Below are positions 1 to 11,896 of a stretch of 46,122 bases of DNA, piece by piece. Every line of letters begins with the position of its first letter. Position 1 is the stretch's first letter. The DNA is from Octopus bimaculoides. Taxonomy: Eukaryota. The stretch lies in assembly GCF_001194135.2 (NCBI RefSeq), contig NC_068981.1, positions 49,629,744 to 49,675,865 of the forward strand, given 5' to 3'. The notes beneath the pieces are model-generated. The model saw only the letters and a list, made by a program, of their open reading frames with translations. It had not been told where the DNA came from and did not search any database. The position numbers and the translations under genes were made by a program.

Positions 1-100
1 ATATATACATATATTCCATTTATATATTTTATATAATTTATTGGCTAAACTGGCAATATTACCATCCCTAAATAAATATATATATATATATATATATATA

Positions 101-247
101 ATTTAAATGAGAGTTTTGACGCTAATATCCATTATTATTGAAGTTTATTCCTATGTCAACAGTTCTGTATAACGCTATATTTAACTGTCAAATTCAAGTT
201 AAATAAATAAATTGCCTTACACATCTTCAGGGTAAAAGGTAAATAGC
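101..247 (-). repeat. PLE 3' terminal repeat (pLTR), left arm of an inverted repeat
   Basis: Reverse complement aligns to 1120-1266 over ~147 bp with scattered substitutions. Lies downstream of the GIY-YIG stop and abuts (TA)n. Confidence 0.85.
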
Positions 248-583
248 AAAAAGTGAACACCAAAAACATCGTCTCTAAGTCTGATTCATATTCAAATTTC
301 TCCTTAAATAAATTCCTCCTTAAATAAAGTTCCGTCAAAGGGAGAAAACCCCTCATAATATTATTAATTCATTATAAACAATCACATATTAAACATATTG
401 TTTCCTGGTAATAACTTCTAAGTCAATGGAAATCTGTATTATATTATCTCTAGAAACTTTAGCAAATAATCACAAGTACAAATACAATTGCTACAGGTAA
501 AGTATACATTGATATGGCCTGCCTTAATACCTAATATTATACCATAATATACTATAATACCCGATCATACTGAAATTTATAAC

Positions 584-1100
584 TCATTTAAACCAGAGAA
601 ACCTGTGTTTCGGATAATGAGTACATCTGAGAGCATTATGTGTTAGTTTATATATCAACTTACCCTTAGAGAATAATATAAAATATAATTCTAGATTACA
701 CAGCGAGCAATATCTCTTACCTTTGCCATACGGGAAATACCTCCCAATGATTAACTATTCTAACGAATATTGCTTTTTTTTGTTCTTTCAGTTCCCAAAT
801 GAATTTACTAAAACTAGTACTTGCTATTTTACTTCTATCTCTAAAGGTACTATAATGATTAGATAATCTTTTACAGATTTGTCCCGAAGAACACCCCAGG
901 TATCGGCTAACATCTGTCTGAGTCCTTACCTTACATTGATAAACTGCATTACTAACTCTCGCTTTAGGTCCTTCAAACTTCAATCTTCTGGGGTTGACCT
1001 CTGTTACTGTAATCATATTCCGATTATCATTACTATAATCGTTATTATTATTTATATCAGGGTTCCCATCGCTATCCTCCCCAATTCCATTTGATTTAAA
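584..1100 (-). mobile_element. Penelope-like element, 5'-truncated: GIY-YIG endonuclease C-terminal coding fragment (frameshifted)
   Basis: ORF 717-1016(-) reads VYQCKV...YLG...KRLSNHYSTFR...STSFSKFIWELKE. After a frameshift it continues YGKGKRYCSLCNLE...RCTHYPKHRF to a stop at 584-586. This matches the PLE GIY-YIG pattern (VY/YxG, H..SF, SK.IW.LK, C.LC..E, C.H). Confidence 0.85.
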
Positions 1101-1119
1101 TATTTTAGAATTACCTTTA

Positions 1120-1266
1120 GCTATTTACCTTTTACCCTGAAGATGTGTAAGGTAATTTATCTATTTAACTTGAATTTGACAGTTAAATATAGCCTTATAC
1201 AGAAATGTTGACATTGGAATAAACTTCAATAATAATGGATATTGGCATCAAGACTCTCATTTAAAT
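1120..1266 (+). repeat. Inverted pLTR copy at the truncated 5' end of the PLE
   Basis: Inverted repeat of 101-247, located at the point where PLE coding similarity ends. Confidence 0.85.
1130..1223 (+). ncRNA. Type I hammerhead ribozyme-like motif
   Basis: CUGAAGA at 1137-1143. Stem II UGUGUAAGG/CCUUAUACA. GAAA at 1202-1205. Near-palindromic stem III AUGUUGACAU. AUU triplet. Bulged stem I UUUACC/GGAAUAAA. Confidence 0.65.
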
Positions 1267-1398
1267 TTTTGATATTTAAGCAAGGCGATCGATCGAAAAG
1301 GAGTATACTTTAGACATTTGCGGAGAAATCTCTTGCTATATTGATAGCGATTACATGTTTATCTCATCAACACATTGTGGAGATATCATCATATGAAC

Positions 1399-1430
<32 letters not shown>

Positions 1431-2533
1431 CATGTAATTTTATGCAAAACAACGAGTTTGTGAAGCGTCGACATAACATACCAAACGCACAGTCATATAT
1501 ATGCATTACTTAAAAATCTCTTGGATTCAGATCTTTGTGACATTATGAAACTCTACTTTCTCTTAAAACTCTAAGGTGTCTAAGGTGAAGAAATTCATAT
1601 AATGTTTCTAGTAGTGCATGTGAGTTTTTCGAACCTGTTTTGTGATTTTCAACATAGATTCCGGTTAGTTAATATCGAGGAAATCTATGTAGAAAATAAT
1701 TGTAGCTGTGGCCAAGCCGTCTTTGTTACATTTAGTGATACGCTACACAATGCTTGATTCAATTACGATTGGTTGATTTTTACGTGTAAAGTTGGTGCTA
1801 CATTGTCTAATAACAATATTCAGAACGTGGAATCATGTAGCTACATATCTATAGTATACCAGCCATGTGAGCTTTCACTAAAAGAGTTAAGGGCATGAAT
1901 GATTTCTTGTATTGGGACCGCCTTAACACGCCACCGTGAGCGGTACGGAATTTGCACGATATATCATTTGCACATCATTTGAGGAGAATATACCACCAGC
2001 ATTGCAGAAACATTAGATTCAGAATTTTCCAAGGCTAGAACAACGAGTCACCCGTCCCTTACCCAGTTCAGAATCACAATACGTAAATATATTGTGACAC
2101 AATATATTTTCTCAACAGCCCTTGCCCTATTTGAGGAAAAGTATCCCATCACCCTTAAATGGGATCTGGACGAATTTCTTCAAGGAATATCAGAGAAGCC
2201 ACCTAAACCTTGATGCAACGCACCCAGCAAGAACGCGCTACTCGAATGGACAATGATACCACAAAACTTGTGTCTTAAAAAGGATTTAGTTAATCCTATC
2301 AGGGGGACTATTAAGTTAGACAGGTGCTGGTCCTCTCTTTGGTCGAAACATCTAAGTTATATATATNNNNNNNNNNNNNNNNNNNNNNNNNNNNNNNNNN
2401 NNNNNNNNNNNNNNNNNNNNNNNNNNNNNNNNNNNNNNNNNNNNNNNNNNNNNNNNNNNNNNNNNNNNNNNNNNNNNNNNNNNNNNNNNNNNNNNNNNNN
2501 NNNNNNNNNNNNNNNNNNNNNNNNNNNNNNNNN

Positions 2534-2612
2534 TAGATAGATAGATATAGATAGCTAGATAGATAGATATATGCATACATACATACATACATACATACAT
2601 ACATACATACAT
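2534..2612. repeat. (TAGA)n then (TACA)n microsatellites next to a gap
   Basis: Direct reading of the sequence. Confidence 0.95.
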
Positions 2613-3389
2613 AGAGTTAGTGTTGTAGGGAAAATGGTTCTCACCTTCCCATGTAATAAAATGGTATGAAGTAGCCACTATAACGTCAGACAGTTAGTCG
2701 TTGTAGCAATGTCATTGATACTAGTCGATGTACGAGTTCTCCGTTAGAGTTAGTGTCAGTTTTGTGATATATACATGTTCGGGTAGACTCGATATATATA
2801 AGTTCAAGGTAGACATTTCAAAGTCATTGGATAGCACGATAAACGAATAAAAGATAAAAAAGATGCGGAATACCGCCAAGACATAATAGTGGCCACAGCA
2901 TAATACAGTACCGACAATAACATACAAGTGGACGGATGTCCACATTAAGAGAGATTGAGAGAGAACAGAGTGACAGAGACATTAAGAAAAATAAACACCC
3001 CGCACTCTTTGTGAAATTCATTCGGTATGGGCCCTTGTAAAGTTATATAAGGATGGGCTTGCATTACTAGAAAAAGTACGGGTGACATGAAGAATACATA
3101 TCACACACACAGAGACACACATATACACACACATAGATACGTAGATAGATGAATACGTTTCGACTAGAATTGGCCAAGGCGATGACTAACTTAATGATAC
3201 CATCTATAAAAGACATTGAACCATGTTGCAGTCATACTTTGTTCAACGTAGTTCATTCTAGGAAAGGGAGTGTTTTCAGTGATACATTCGCGTGTTGGAG
3301 TTTTGCCTGGAATTTGCCAATGGAGCGTGTTGATCTTATTAAGACTTATTTTTTCATTATGTGTTTTGGCGCGCACACACAGTCATGAA

Positions 3390-4880
3390 TCGGACAACAT
3401 GGCCCTCACAAGTAGAGAGTTATTGCTTACGAAGACATATCTGGGTGTAGGTTTTTCCGGGATCTTCTGAAGGACGTTGTCCAAAGACGTCTTGAAAATT
3501 TATGAGGTCTGTCTCTGCTTTAATGTGTTTGGTGCAATGTTGAGGAGAGTGGGGTCAATTTAGGTGAAATAATTGTGCTGTATTGTTGTTATGCGATGTG
3601 AGTACGATTTTTGTTGTGTGCGGCCAGCCCTGGGCACATTTTGGGGGTGTATCTTAAAGGCGATGCCAACATCATTTGGGTAATGCTGATGGAATATTTT
3701 CCACATCTTACAGATGATGTAGCGCTCACGGCGGCGCTGGAGGGAATAAAGCTTGAGATTTTCTAGTCGACCCCAAAAGACAAGGCCTGTAATGCCATCT
3801 ATCTTTTTTGTAATTGACCTTTGAGTTGCTTCAATTTTCATGATACTTTGTTTCGCGTGGACAACAGTATTCAATGTGTGGTAGGGCAAAAATTGGAGAA
3901 GAGAAGGATAATGGTGTTTATATCTCTCGACTGGAAAGTTCATAGAATTCAGGAACACATTCTGCGGGCCATGTCAGCTCCGCTGTTTATATGAGCGTCA
4001 CAGCTTTTATAGTTCACAATTACTACCAAGTCTCTTATATTGTTGGATGTCATAAGAGTTTCAACTGAAGGAAAGGAGTATGGGAGTTTCAGCGTATCCT
4101 CTTTTGCGAAGTGGATTTACTCAAATTTGTCCTCGTTCAGCGGCATATTATACTTTTCCACCCATTGGACGACAGACAGTAGATCTGACTGAAGGCATGC
4201 CCGGTCACCCACATCCATAATTACCTTCTAGATTTTGGGATCATCTGCAAAGTTTCTTATGTTACTCTGCTTGATGACGTCAGTGATGTCATTGATGTAG
4301 ATGAAGAAATGAAGCGGGCCTTAAGGAACACCACTACTGACAGGCATGGCTTCATTTTACTCCATCAAATCCAACATGTTGGGTTCTGCATGTCATGAAA
4401 CACTTGATCCATTGTAGTAACTTTCTAGAGACACCAATGCTGGATAGTTTCTCTAAGAGGATCTTATGATCCACCCTGTCTAATTCCTACTTGAAATCAT
4501 GGTCGATGATGTCGATATTCGACCCCATTCCCAAAGCTCTCAAAATGTCATCAAGTTGATGCAGGAGTCGCGATATGCACTTCCTTCCATTGCGGAACCC
4601 ATGTTGGTTGGTTGGCTGGGGTTCAATAGTCTGTTCCTTTCAAGAAAGTGGGTTATCCGTGGTCTCACCACTCTCTCAAATGCCTTGATGATATGATAAG
4701 TGAGCGTGATCGGCCGGTAGTTCACTGCAAGGGAATTGTTTCCGTATTTGAAAAGCGGGCCAACAGACTGGGACAGAAAGTTTTCAGGAATATAACCAGC
4801 ATCAAGTGAGGTATACCAAAGATTAGCAAGAGAAGATGTAAGTTGATGTCGACAGGGAACATATCAGGACCTACTGCTGT
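3390..4880 (-). mobile_element. CR1-type LINE, 5'-truncated degenerate RT and C-terminal region
   Basis: Minus-strand peptides NYRPITLTYHIIKAFERVV, SGVP..GPL.FFIYINDI, NFADD (4240-4251), WVEKYNMPLNEDKFE and LYSLQRRRERYIIC..WKI. Multiple stops and frameshifts. Confidence 0.9.
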
Positions 4881-5285
4881 GTTGTGTTTAATTTCGTTTA
4901 TTGTCGTAAAAACATAATGCTAATTTATTAAATAATCAGAAGATGGATTTGGTAATAATCTTCATTTTGTACAATGGTCGTTTTGACCCATCCAGCTACA
5001 GCCCTTAATGGGTGGGACTCGTTCAACATGTATTGCATCTATTTTGGGATTCATCAGGTACATCCATACACGAAGTTGTGTGTCGTTAAAGATCCTGAGT
5101 TTAAGTTGATTAATACCAAATCCATCTGCTATTTACTGAATAAATTATCATTATATACACTAACACTAAAGAGTTGCTGAAGTAAATGCAAGGGATGAAA
5201 CCGGATGGCCCAATCTGTGCCAGTGTCCTACTCAAATCTTCAACACACTAATCGACATATACTCATTAGTCCCATATATATTAAA

Positions 5286-5287
<2 letters not shown>

Positions 5288-5372
<85 letters not shown>

Positions 5373-5400
5373 ACACACACACGCACGCACACACATATAT
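5288..5400. repeat. (ATCT)n and (CA)n microsatellite
   Basis: Direct reading of the sequence. Confidence 0.95.
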
Positions 5401-6666
5401 GAATATATATTTATAAATGAGTAACAAAGATGTACATGAGTCAATTAATTACGGCCGTTTCAAACGGCTCCTTTAATTTATTTATGACAACATAAAATAA
5501 ATTTGAAACAAACCTGTCTGCACACACAGTAGGAATATCAGTTACAAATACCCCTACACAGAGTCAGGATATTCAATATTCAATTAATATCGGTTGGGTG
5601 TGCGGATTATACCGACCTTGTAAGGTACCTCAATTGAAGTGCCTAATTCAACTGAATCTTAATTATATTTTAATACGTGATGAGTATTTATACGACGCTT
5701 CTTGTACGTAACTTAAACGAGATGGAAAAGCTCAACATAGAATTCTCTCTGAAGGAGAAAGGAAAGGAAACGTATATAATTTGAGACTCTAAAATAAATA
5801 TTGGCCATCCCTTTCATTCATTCTTCCAGTTATCACACCTCCCCCATTAGACATTCCCTACTAGTAACTCTACCACCTACCCGATTGTGTAGATAAAGCT
5901 AGATATATTGTTCCAGAATATTGAGAATCTAGTGGATTGTCTGATATAAATTGATTTTTCACCATTTTCTAGAATACAGTTGACAACTCACAATAGATTT
6001 AATTCTAAATGGTTGAAGACTACATTCTGCATAAAGCCTTCTAAATAGAAGTAACTAGGTCCCCACTCATTTTATCCTGACCCCCACTAATTCCTCTGTT
6101 ACTCTCTAAATTATTGTAGGCTTGACGCGGTATGCATTATTTTCTAAACTCATTCTACCACAGATATGACAAAAGAAGCAATGTCAACGTGGCTAGTAAT
6201 CCATAGGGCTAAAGATTTTGTTAGGAGAAAGATATGGATAGCATACCATCATGAAGCTATGGAGTTCCATTATTGATGTACATATGTTTTAAGAAATGGT
6301 TATATATTTTATGTTTCAATTCTATGCGGTCATCTGACAACTGTTTCTTTCAAATTGATGTAATATTTTCATTAATCAATTAAGAATGCCGCTTGAAACG
6401 GCCATAATGAATTGACACTTAAACATCTTAGTTAATCAATTATATTCTGTTTACCTAACTGAGAATCTGCACTTCGGAAATACTATAGAAAGTACCTTTA
6501 TAAAGGTACATGTTTGAATTACCAAGAGCGGATATATACACTTAGCTGGGTTGCGTTGTCTGCACAGTCGGTAGGTATATCCGGTACAACCAATCCTATT
6601 CGAAGTCTGGATATTCAATATTCAGTCAATATCGTTTGGGTGTGCGGGTTATAGTGATCTAGTAAT

Positions 6667-7264
6667 ATAATTAGGATAAGCAAAATCATTAATTAACGAT
6701 TTACCAGTGGCCATCGTACAAAAAAAAACTATATGGGTTCAATTAATATTTAGTATAATTATAGATATATAATTATAATTGAGGGTGCTGTCGCACCAGC
6801 GACTGTACGCTTGAAATAGATAAGTTAACACTGCATTTATCACAAAGCAGTATGCGAGAAAAAGGGACAGAAAGGAGTTATAAAAATATTCCGGACAACC
6901 CTATATCTTAAGATTTAATGTTTTGCAATATTAAGTAAGGTACATCAGTAGGGTACACCGACTGATGATTGTAAAGGAATTTTAATATTGCAAAGTATGA
7001 AATCTTAAGATATATGGCTGTCCGGAATATTTTTATAAATACTTTCTGTCCGTTTTCGTCGCTTACAGCGCTGTGACAAACGGAGTGTTAACGTTAGTGG
7101 TTTGTAGTCGTTTGACGTCTATTTCAAACGTACTGGCGCTGTCCGTTGGCACACTTAATTATAATTTTATATTTATAATTATACTTTAAATATTAATTTA
7201 ACCCATATGCTTTTTGTATGCTGGCCACTGATAAATCTTTAATTAATGACTTTGTCCTAATTAT
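6667..7264. mobile_element. Fold-back / MITE-like element with ~270-280 bp imperfect inverted arms
   Basis: 6667-6934 is the imperfect reverse complement of 6982-7264. Examples: ATAAAAATATTCCGGACA vs TGTCCGGAATATTTTTAT, and TATATCTTAAGATTT vs AAATCTTAAGATATA. Spacer is 47 bp. Confidence 0.8.
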
Positions 7265-7420
7265 GTATAAATATATATTTACTGAAGTATTTTTCTGAGT
7301 TAATACGCACATAGCCGAAGTTGATGATAGGATTTTACTTGGTATATGTGTGAAATATATGTATATATTCTTATTTTTACAAGTGTATGCTTATGGGTAT
7401 GTATACGTATGTGTCATTCA

Positions 7421-7590
7421 TTTACAGTCGGTGTACTCTACCGAGGACTGTAAAGCACTTTTTTTAATATTGTAAAGCATGAAATCTTAAGATATATGGT
7501 TTACCACAATGGTTTTATAAAATCCTTCTGCCCATTGTCCTCGGATGCAGCATCCTTCATTATAATTATATATTTATAATTAACTTTAAA
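7421..7590. mobile_element. Partial, diverged second copy of the same fold-back element (centre plus right arm)
   Basis: TTAATATTGTAAAGCATGAAATCTTAAGATATATGG matches 6982-7017. The centre sequence is inverted relative to the first copy. Confidence 0.65.
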
Positions 7591-8789
7591 TATATATGTA
7601 CATATACACGCACATAAGCGTACATATTTACAGATGTATACACAACATCTGTGTGTGTGTTTGTGTGTGTGAGCGTGTGCGTGCGTGTGCGTGTGTGTGT
7701 GTGCAAAATATATATTTTGAATATATTTGTTTTTGATGCCTGCCCTGAATTTAAACAGAGCATAACTGAATTGCTATTCGTAGATACGAAACAATTATAT
7801 GTCGTGGTTGCATACGTAGAGTATTTCTCGCGACTTCGCGCTCTTCAAAACAATTTTTCTAAAACGAAATTTAATTTATAAGAGAATAATGAGAGCAGGG
7901 TGATGATTAGGAAATTTGATTGATTAAACAAATAGGAATAAATTGAATTGTGTTTATATGCAGTGATTTTATGTATTAATTTATCGTTGGCAATCAGAAA
8001 ATGACTGATTACATTTATTAATCTGCTGTATTTTTTAAAGAGATATAAACAAACTAAAATAAAAGTGAAATTTTTCGGCGAAAAAAATTTGAAGCGTCTA
8101 ATATTCTCTGCTGGGAGTCTCACGTTCTAAAAGTGAACCGGTTTCAATTTTCAAAATGAACTGAAACTGCAGTACATGCAAGAAGAATGTAGTTTTGAAA
8201 TGTTTAATATGAGATTTTATAATCATAATATCTCTCCCATTATGATTTCTCGATAAACAGTTATATTTATTATTGTGCCTAGACTTCATATTTCACAGAT
8301 TTTGTTAAAGTTTTTGCTTAAATATACCCGACTTTAGGCGATTATAACAATCAGAACATGGAAGAGACAATGGACTTATATTGGAATTATGTGCTTGGGT
8401 TTTGGAGAGCTTGTGTTGTTTGAATGAATATTGTTTTGTTAGGTTAGATTTCAAAATAACAAGAAGTTGATTACAGGAATTTAACCTAGACTTCATTGAT
8501 TAATTTGTACTGCTATTTTGTAAGTTGTATCTAAAATTAATCTTTACCTAAGAGATTTTAAGATGCAGTATCTAAACCTTGTTATGGGGATGCCCTTGTA
8601 AAGTGCCTGCAGAACACGTTCACCGCTAGTGGCTATCAGGCATCATCAGGGGTAGTGTACTTTCATTGCTGGATGTACTTAAGGAATTCCACGGAGCAGG
8701 TTGAGTGTATTCTAACAGATGGATCTTTTCCCTTTCAACGGTAGATCGAGAAATTAATTTTTTGTAGCTAAACACTTTCAAACTTCGGA

Positions 8790-9180
8790 CACTGGTAGAA
8801 TGTGTCATATAAAACATCTTTTACTTTTAGCGTTATTGCGAAAAGTTTATATTTTCAAAGTTATTTCCTATTAAAGTTTGAAATATTTCGGTAATTTCGA
8901 CCAATCATTGACGTGTATTCAGCTAAAGGAAAAGACTGCCGTTGTTTGTCAACAGCAACTATCGGCGGTGTATATTTCGTTTGTCACTGTTATTTATGAC
9001 ATCGTTCGTGCGTTTGTACCTGTTTTAGCTTTAGTGTTTTAGGGTGAGGTTTATGGTTTTAGGGTTAGGGTTAGTCTTTTAGGGTTAGGGTTTTAGGGTT
9101 AGGGTTAGGGTTAGGGTCTTAATGTTAGGGTTGGGGGTTTAGGTTTAGAGTTGCGGAAAAAAGTGAAAAATGAAGAAATT
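8790..9180. mobile_element. Probable non-autonomous repeat carrying an internal degenerate (TTAGGG)n tract; class uncertain
   Basis: Ten exact TTAGGG units plus variants at 9039-9150, inside non-coding sequence I recall as a dispersed octopus repeat. Boundaries are approximate. Confidence 0.45.
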
Positions 9181-9473
9181 CAGATGCTAAGTATATATGA
9201 GAAAAGATGGAAGGATGTCGTGTGATAGTTTGGAGTGACTAACCCTATTTAATTCCACCCATGTTAGAATGTTAGAAGCGAGGTGTAGTCGCTTTTATTA
9301 TGGCCATATTTTGTGAAAATAATTTTGTGCAAATTTTTTATTTATATATATATGATTCATCGAATGTTTAAATATAATCTCGCTTAGCTCATTTATATGT
9401 TTGCAACGTCCTGTAAAGTCCTTCCTTGTAATAGACTTTTGATATCATAATAAAGAAAGATGGTGGTTGTCAG

Positions 9474-9514
9474 ACGCTGAAGACGGGTCAATACCCAGAA
9501 ACTCGGGTCAGTGT
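9474..9514 (+). ncRNA. Minimal hammerhead ribozyme-like motif (probable solo PLE pLTR relic)
   Basis: CUGAAGA-c-GGGU(CAAU)ACCC-a-GAAAC-UCGG-GUC. Stem I pairs only in a register that consumes the core CU. Confidence 0.5.
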
Positions 9515-9729
9515 GCATCACGTCAGGCTGGAAATGGGAAAGTCGATTTCCCTTTGCAAATACTGATAGGGCGCAGAAAGTGTGTCAACATACATCTGGA
9601 AAAGATGTTTTGCTGGAGCTACGAGTTATAGTAGCATCAACCCTTAATGGTTAGTCATATTTAGATGGCAAATATTCTTCACGATGTTGTGTAACTACTG
9701 TTTATAACTCGCTCAAATATTTTTTATTG

Positions 9730-9760
<31 letters not shown>

Positions 9761-10285
9761 GTAGAATACTTATAACGTTAGTGAATTTGGAGAATGGCAC
9801 ATCGAGATTTATTTCCTTTTATTTTGCGATGCCATGCAGCATATTTTCATAGCCAGACACATGTTTTCGATGCATGAATAACGACCAGTTGCATATTCAA
9901 CTTGGTACAAATGTCTATGCTTCTTCGTTCATGGACTTTCACGCATCTTGAATCGAAGCGGACTAAATTCAGTTAAATTTCTATTAGTTAAAGGTTAAGC
10001 AGGAATTAAGGAGAGGTTAGTTTGAATCTGAAATCGATGTGTTTATAAAACTGTGTAGTTGATATCAGCTTCACAGCATTTGGTATCCGACAAGTCCTAG
10101 TAGTCATAAATTATAAATACAAATCGATGCGGTTAACGGTAATCTGGAACATAATTGAGAGCGACCATGGTACTCGCCCGGGTAATATATTCCTCTAAAC
10201 TCACAGGCACGCACACACAAACACACACATACACACACACACACGCATGATACACATGTGTTTATAGATATCTCTTATGTGTGTG

Positions 10286-10289
<4 letters not shown>

Positions 10290-10342
<53 letters not shown>
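10290..10342. repeat. (GT)n microsatellite
   Basis: Direct reading of the sequence. Confidence 0.95.
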
Positions 10343-10345
<3 letters not shown>

Positions 10346-11863
10346 TCATAGTCACAGAAGCAGTATTAATGCCAAAAGTAAGATATTTATCCCCTGTCTA
10401 AAAAGCATGTTCTGCTAGAACACACAAGGCTACGTTAGTTACCATAAAAGAACCTCTTAAATGAAGTACATATAAGTATTCCTGTTTATATCCCCCGCGA
10501 TAATACTCCGCTTTGGTAGGTACGACTTTCAGACCTCGTTATTTCGGTACTCTCGGCGAGTGCACAAATGGCGTGATCTGCCGGTAGTTATGTGAACACG
10601 AGCATTCATGTACATCAAAAGTTCATATCAGTGGTTCTTCCATGGTATCTAATGTAGTATTCTGTTTGATTATTCATATCTTATTCTATTGCATTGATAT
10701 AAAATCATCCAGGCGGGTACCGTGATGGCTCACAGGAATACTGTACGTTGCGGCTAACCGCATCAAGTAGTACTAAGCGCCATGATTGCTTATTATTAGC
10801 AATAAAGCTGTAATTCTTCTCATGGGAAATACCAGGTACGCTTCCTTGGTTTTCAGGAGTGTAGATTTCAAACAATTATAATGAATAAGGAGACATGTAA
10901 ATCATCAAAAAACTCTTGCTGAAGGACTCTGAATGAGGGAGCACAAAATATTAATCGGACTGCATGTTCAATTGTACATACTCTCAGCAGCAGAAACACG
11001 TGTCGATCATTTTAAACAAAAAAATGATTCTGTATGACCAACTGTGAAATTTTACAAAAATGGAAAGGATATTTTTTGGATGTATTTGTTTTCATACATA
11101 CATACATACGTGTATATATATATATATATNNNNNNNNNNNNNNNNNNNNNNNNNNNNNNNNNNNNNNNNNNNNNNNNNNNNNNNNNNNNNNNNNNNNNNN
11201 NNNNNNNNNNNNNNNNNNNNNNNNNNNNNNNNNNNNNNNNNNNNNNNNNNNNNNNNNNNNNNNNNNNNNNNNNNNNNNNNNNNNNNNNNNNNNNNNNNNN
11301 NNNNNNNNNNNNNNNNNNNNNNNNNNNNNNNNNNNNNNNNNNNNNNNNNNNNNNNNNNNNNNNNNNNNNNNNNNNNNNNNNNNNNNNNNNNNNNNNNNNN
11401 NNNNNNNNNNNNNNNNNNNNNNNNNNNNNNNNNNNNNNNNNNNNNNNNNNNNNNNNNNNNNNNNNNNNNNNNNNNNNNNNNNNNNNNNNNNNNNNNNNNN
11501 NNNNNNNNNNNNNNNNNNNNNNNNNNNNNNNNNNNNNNNNNNNNNNNNNNNNNNNNNNNNNNNNNNNNNNNNNNNNNNNNNNNNNNNNNNNNNNNNNNNN
11601 NNNNNNNNNNNNNNNNNNNNNNNNNNNNNNNNNNNNNNNNNNNNNNNNNNNNNNNNNNNNNNNNNNNNNNNNNNNNNNNNNNNNNNNNNNNNNNNNNNNN
11701 NNNNNNNNNNNNNNNNNNNNNNNNNNNNNNNNNNNNNNNNNNNNNNNNNNNNNNNNNNNNNNNNNNNNNNNNNNNNNNNNNNNNNNNNNNNNNNNNNNNN
11801 NNNNNNNNNNNNNNNNNNNNNNNNNNNNNNNNNNNNNNNNNNNNNNNNNNNNNNNNNNNNNNN

Positions 11864-11893
<30 letters not shown>

Positions 11894-11896
<3 letters not shown>

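Noticed and set aside
5020-5062. Minus-strand CUGAUGA followed by GCAA and ACAUGU
   Set aside because: GAAA is broken and stems I and II are mismatched; at best an unrecoverable relic.
5790-6000. Minus-strand GGGV-like motif suggesting an APE endonuclease relic
   Set aside because: Too degenerate; flanking APE motifs were not found.
8592-8652. Hairpin with minus-strand CUGAUGA and a 6 bp stem
   Set aside because: Lacks GAAA; a simple inverted repeat.
9039-9150. True telomere or chromosome fusion scar
   Set aside because: Short, degenerate and one orientation only; no head-to-head CCCTAA array.
10915-11010. GAAACACGUGUC, a typical hammerhead 3' half
   Set aside because: No correctly placed CUGANGA and no stem I.
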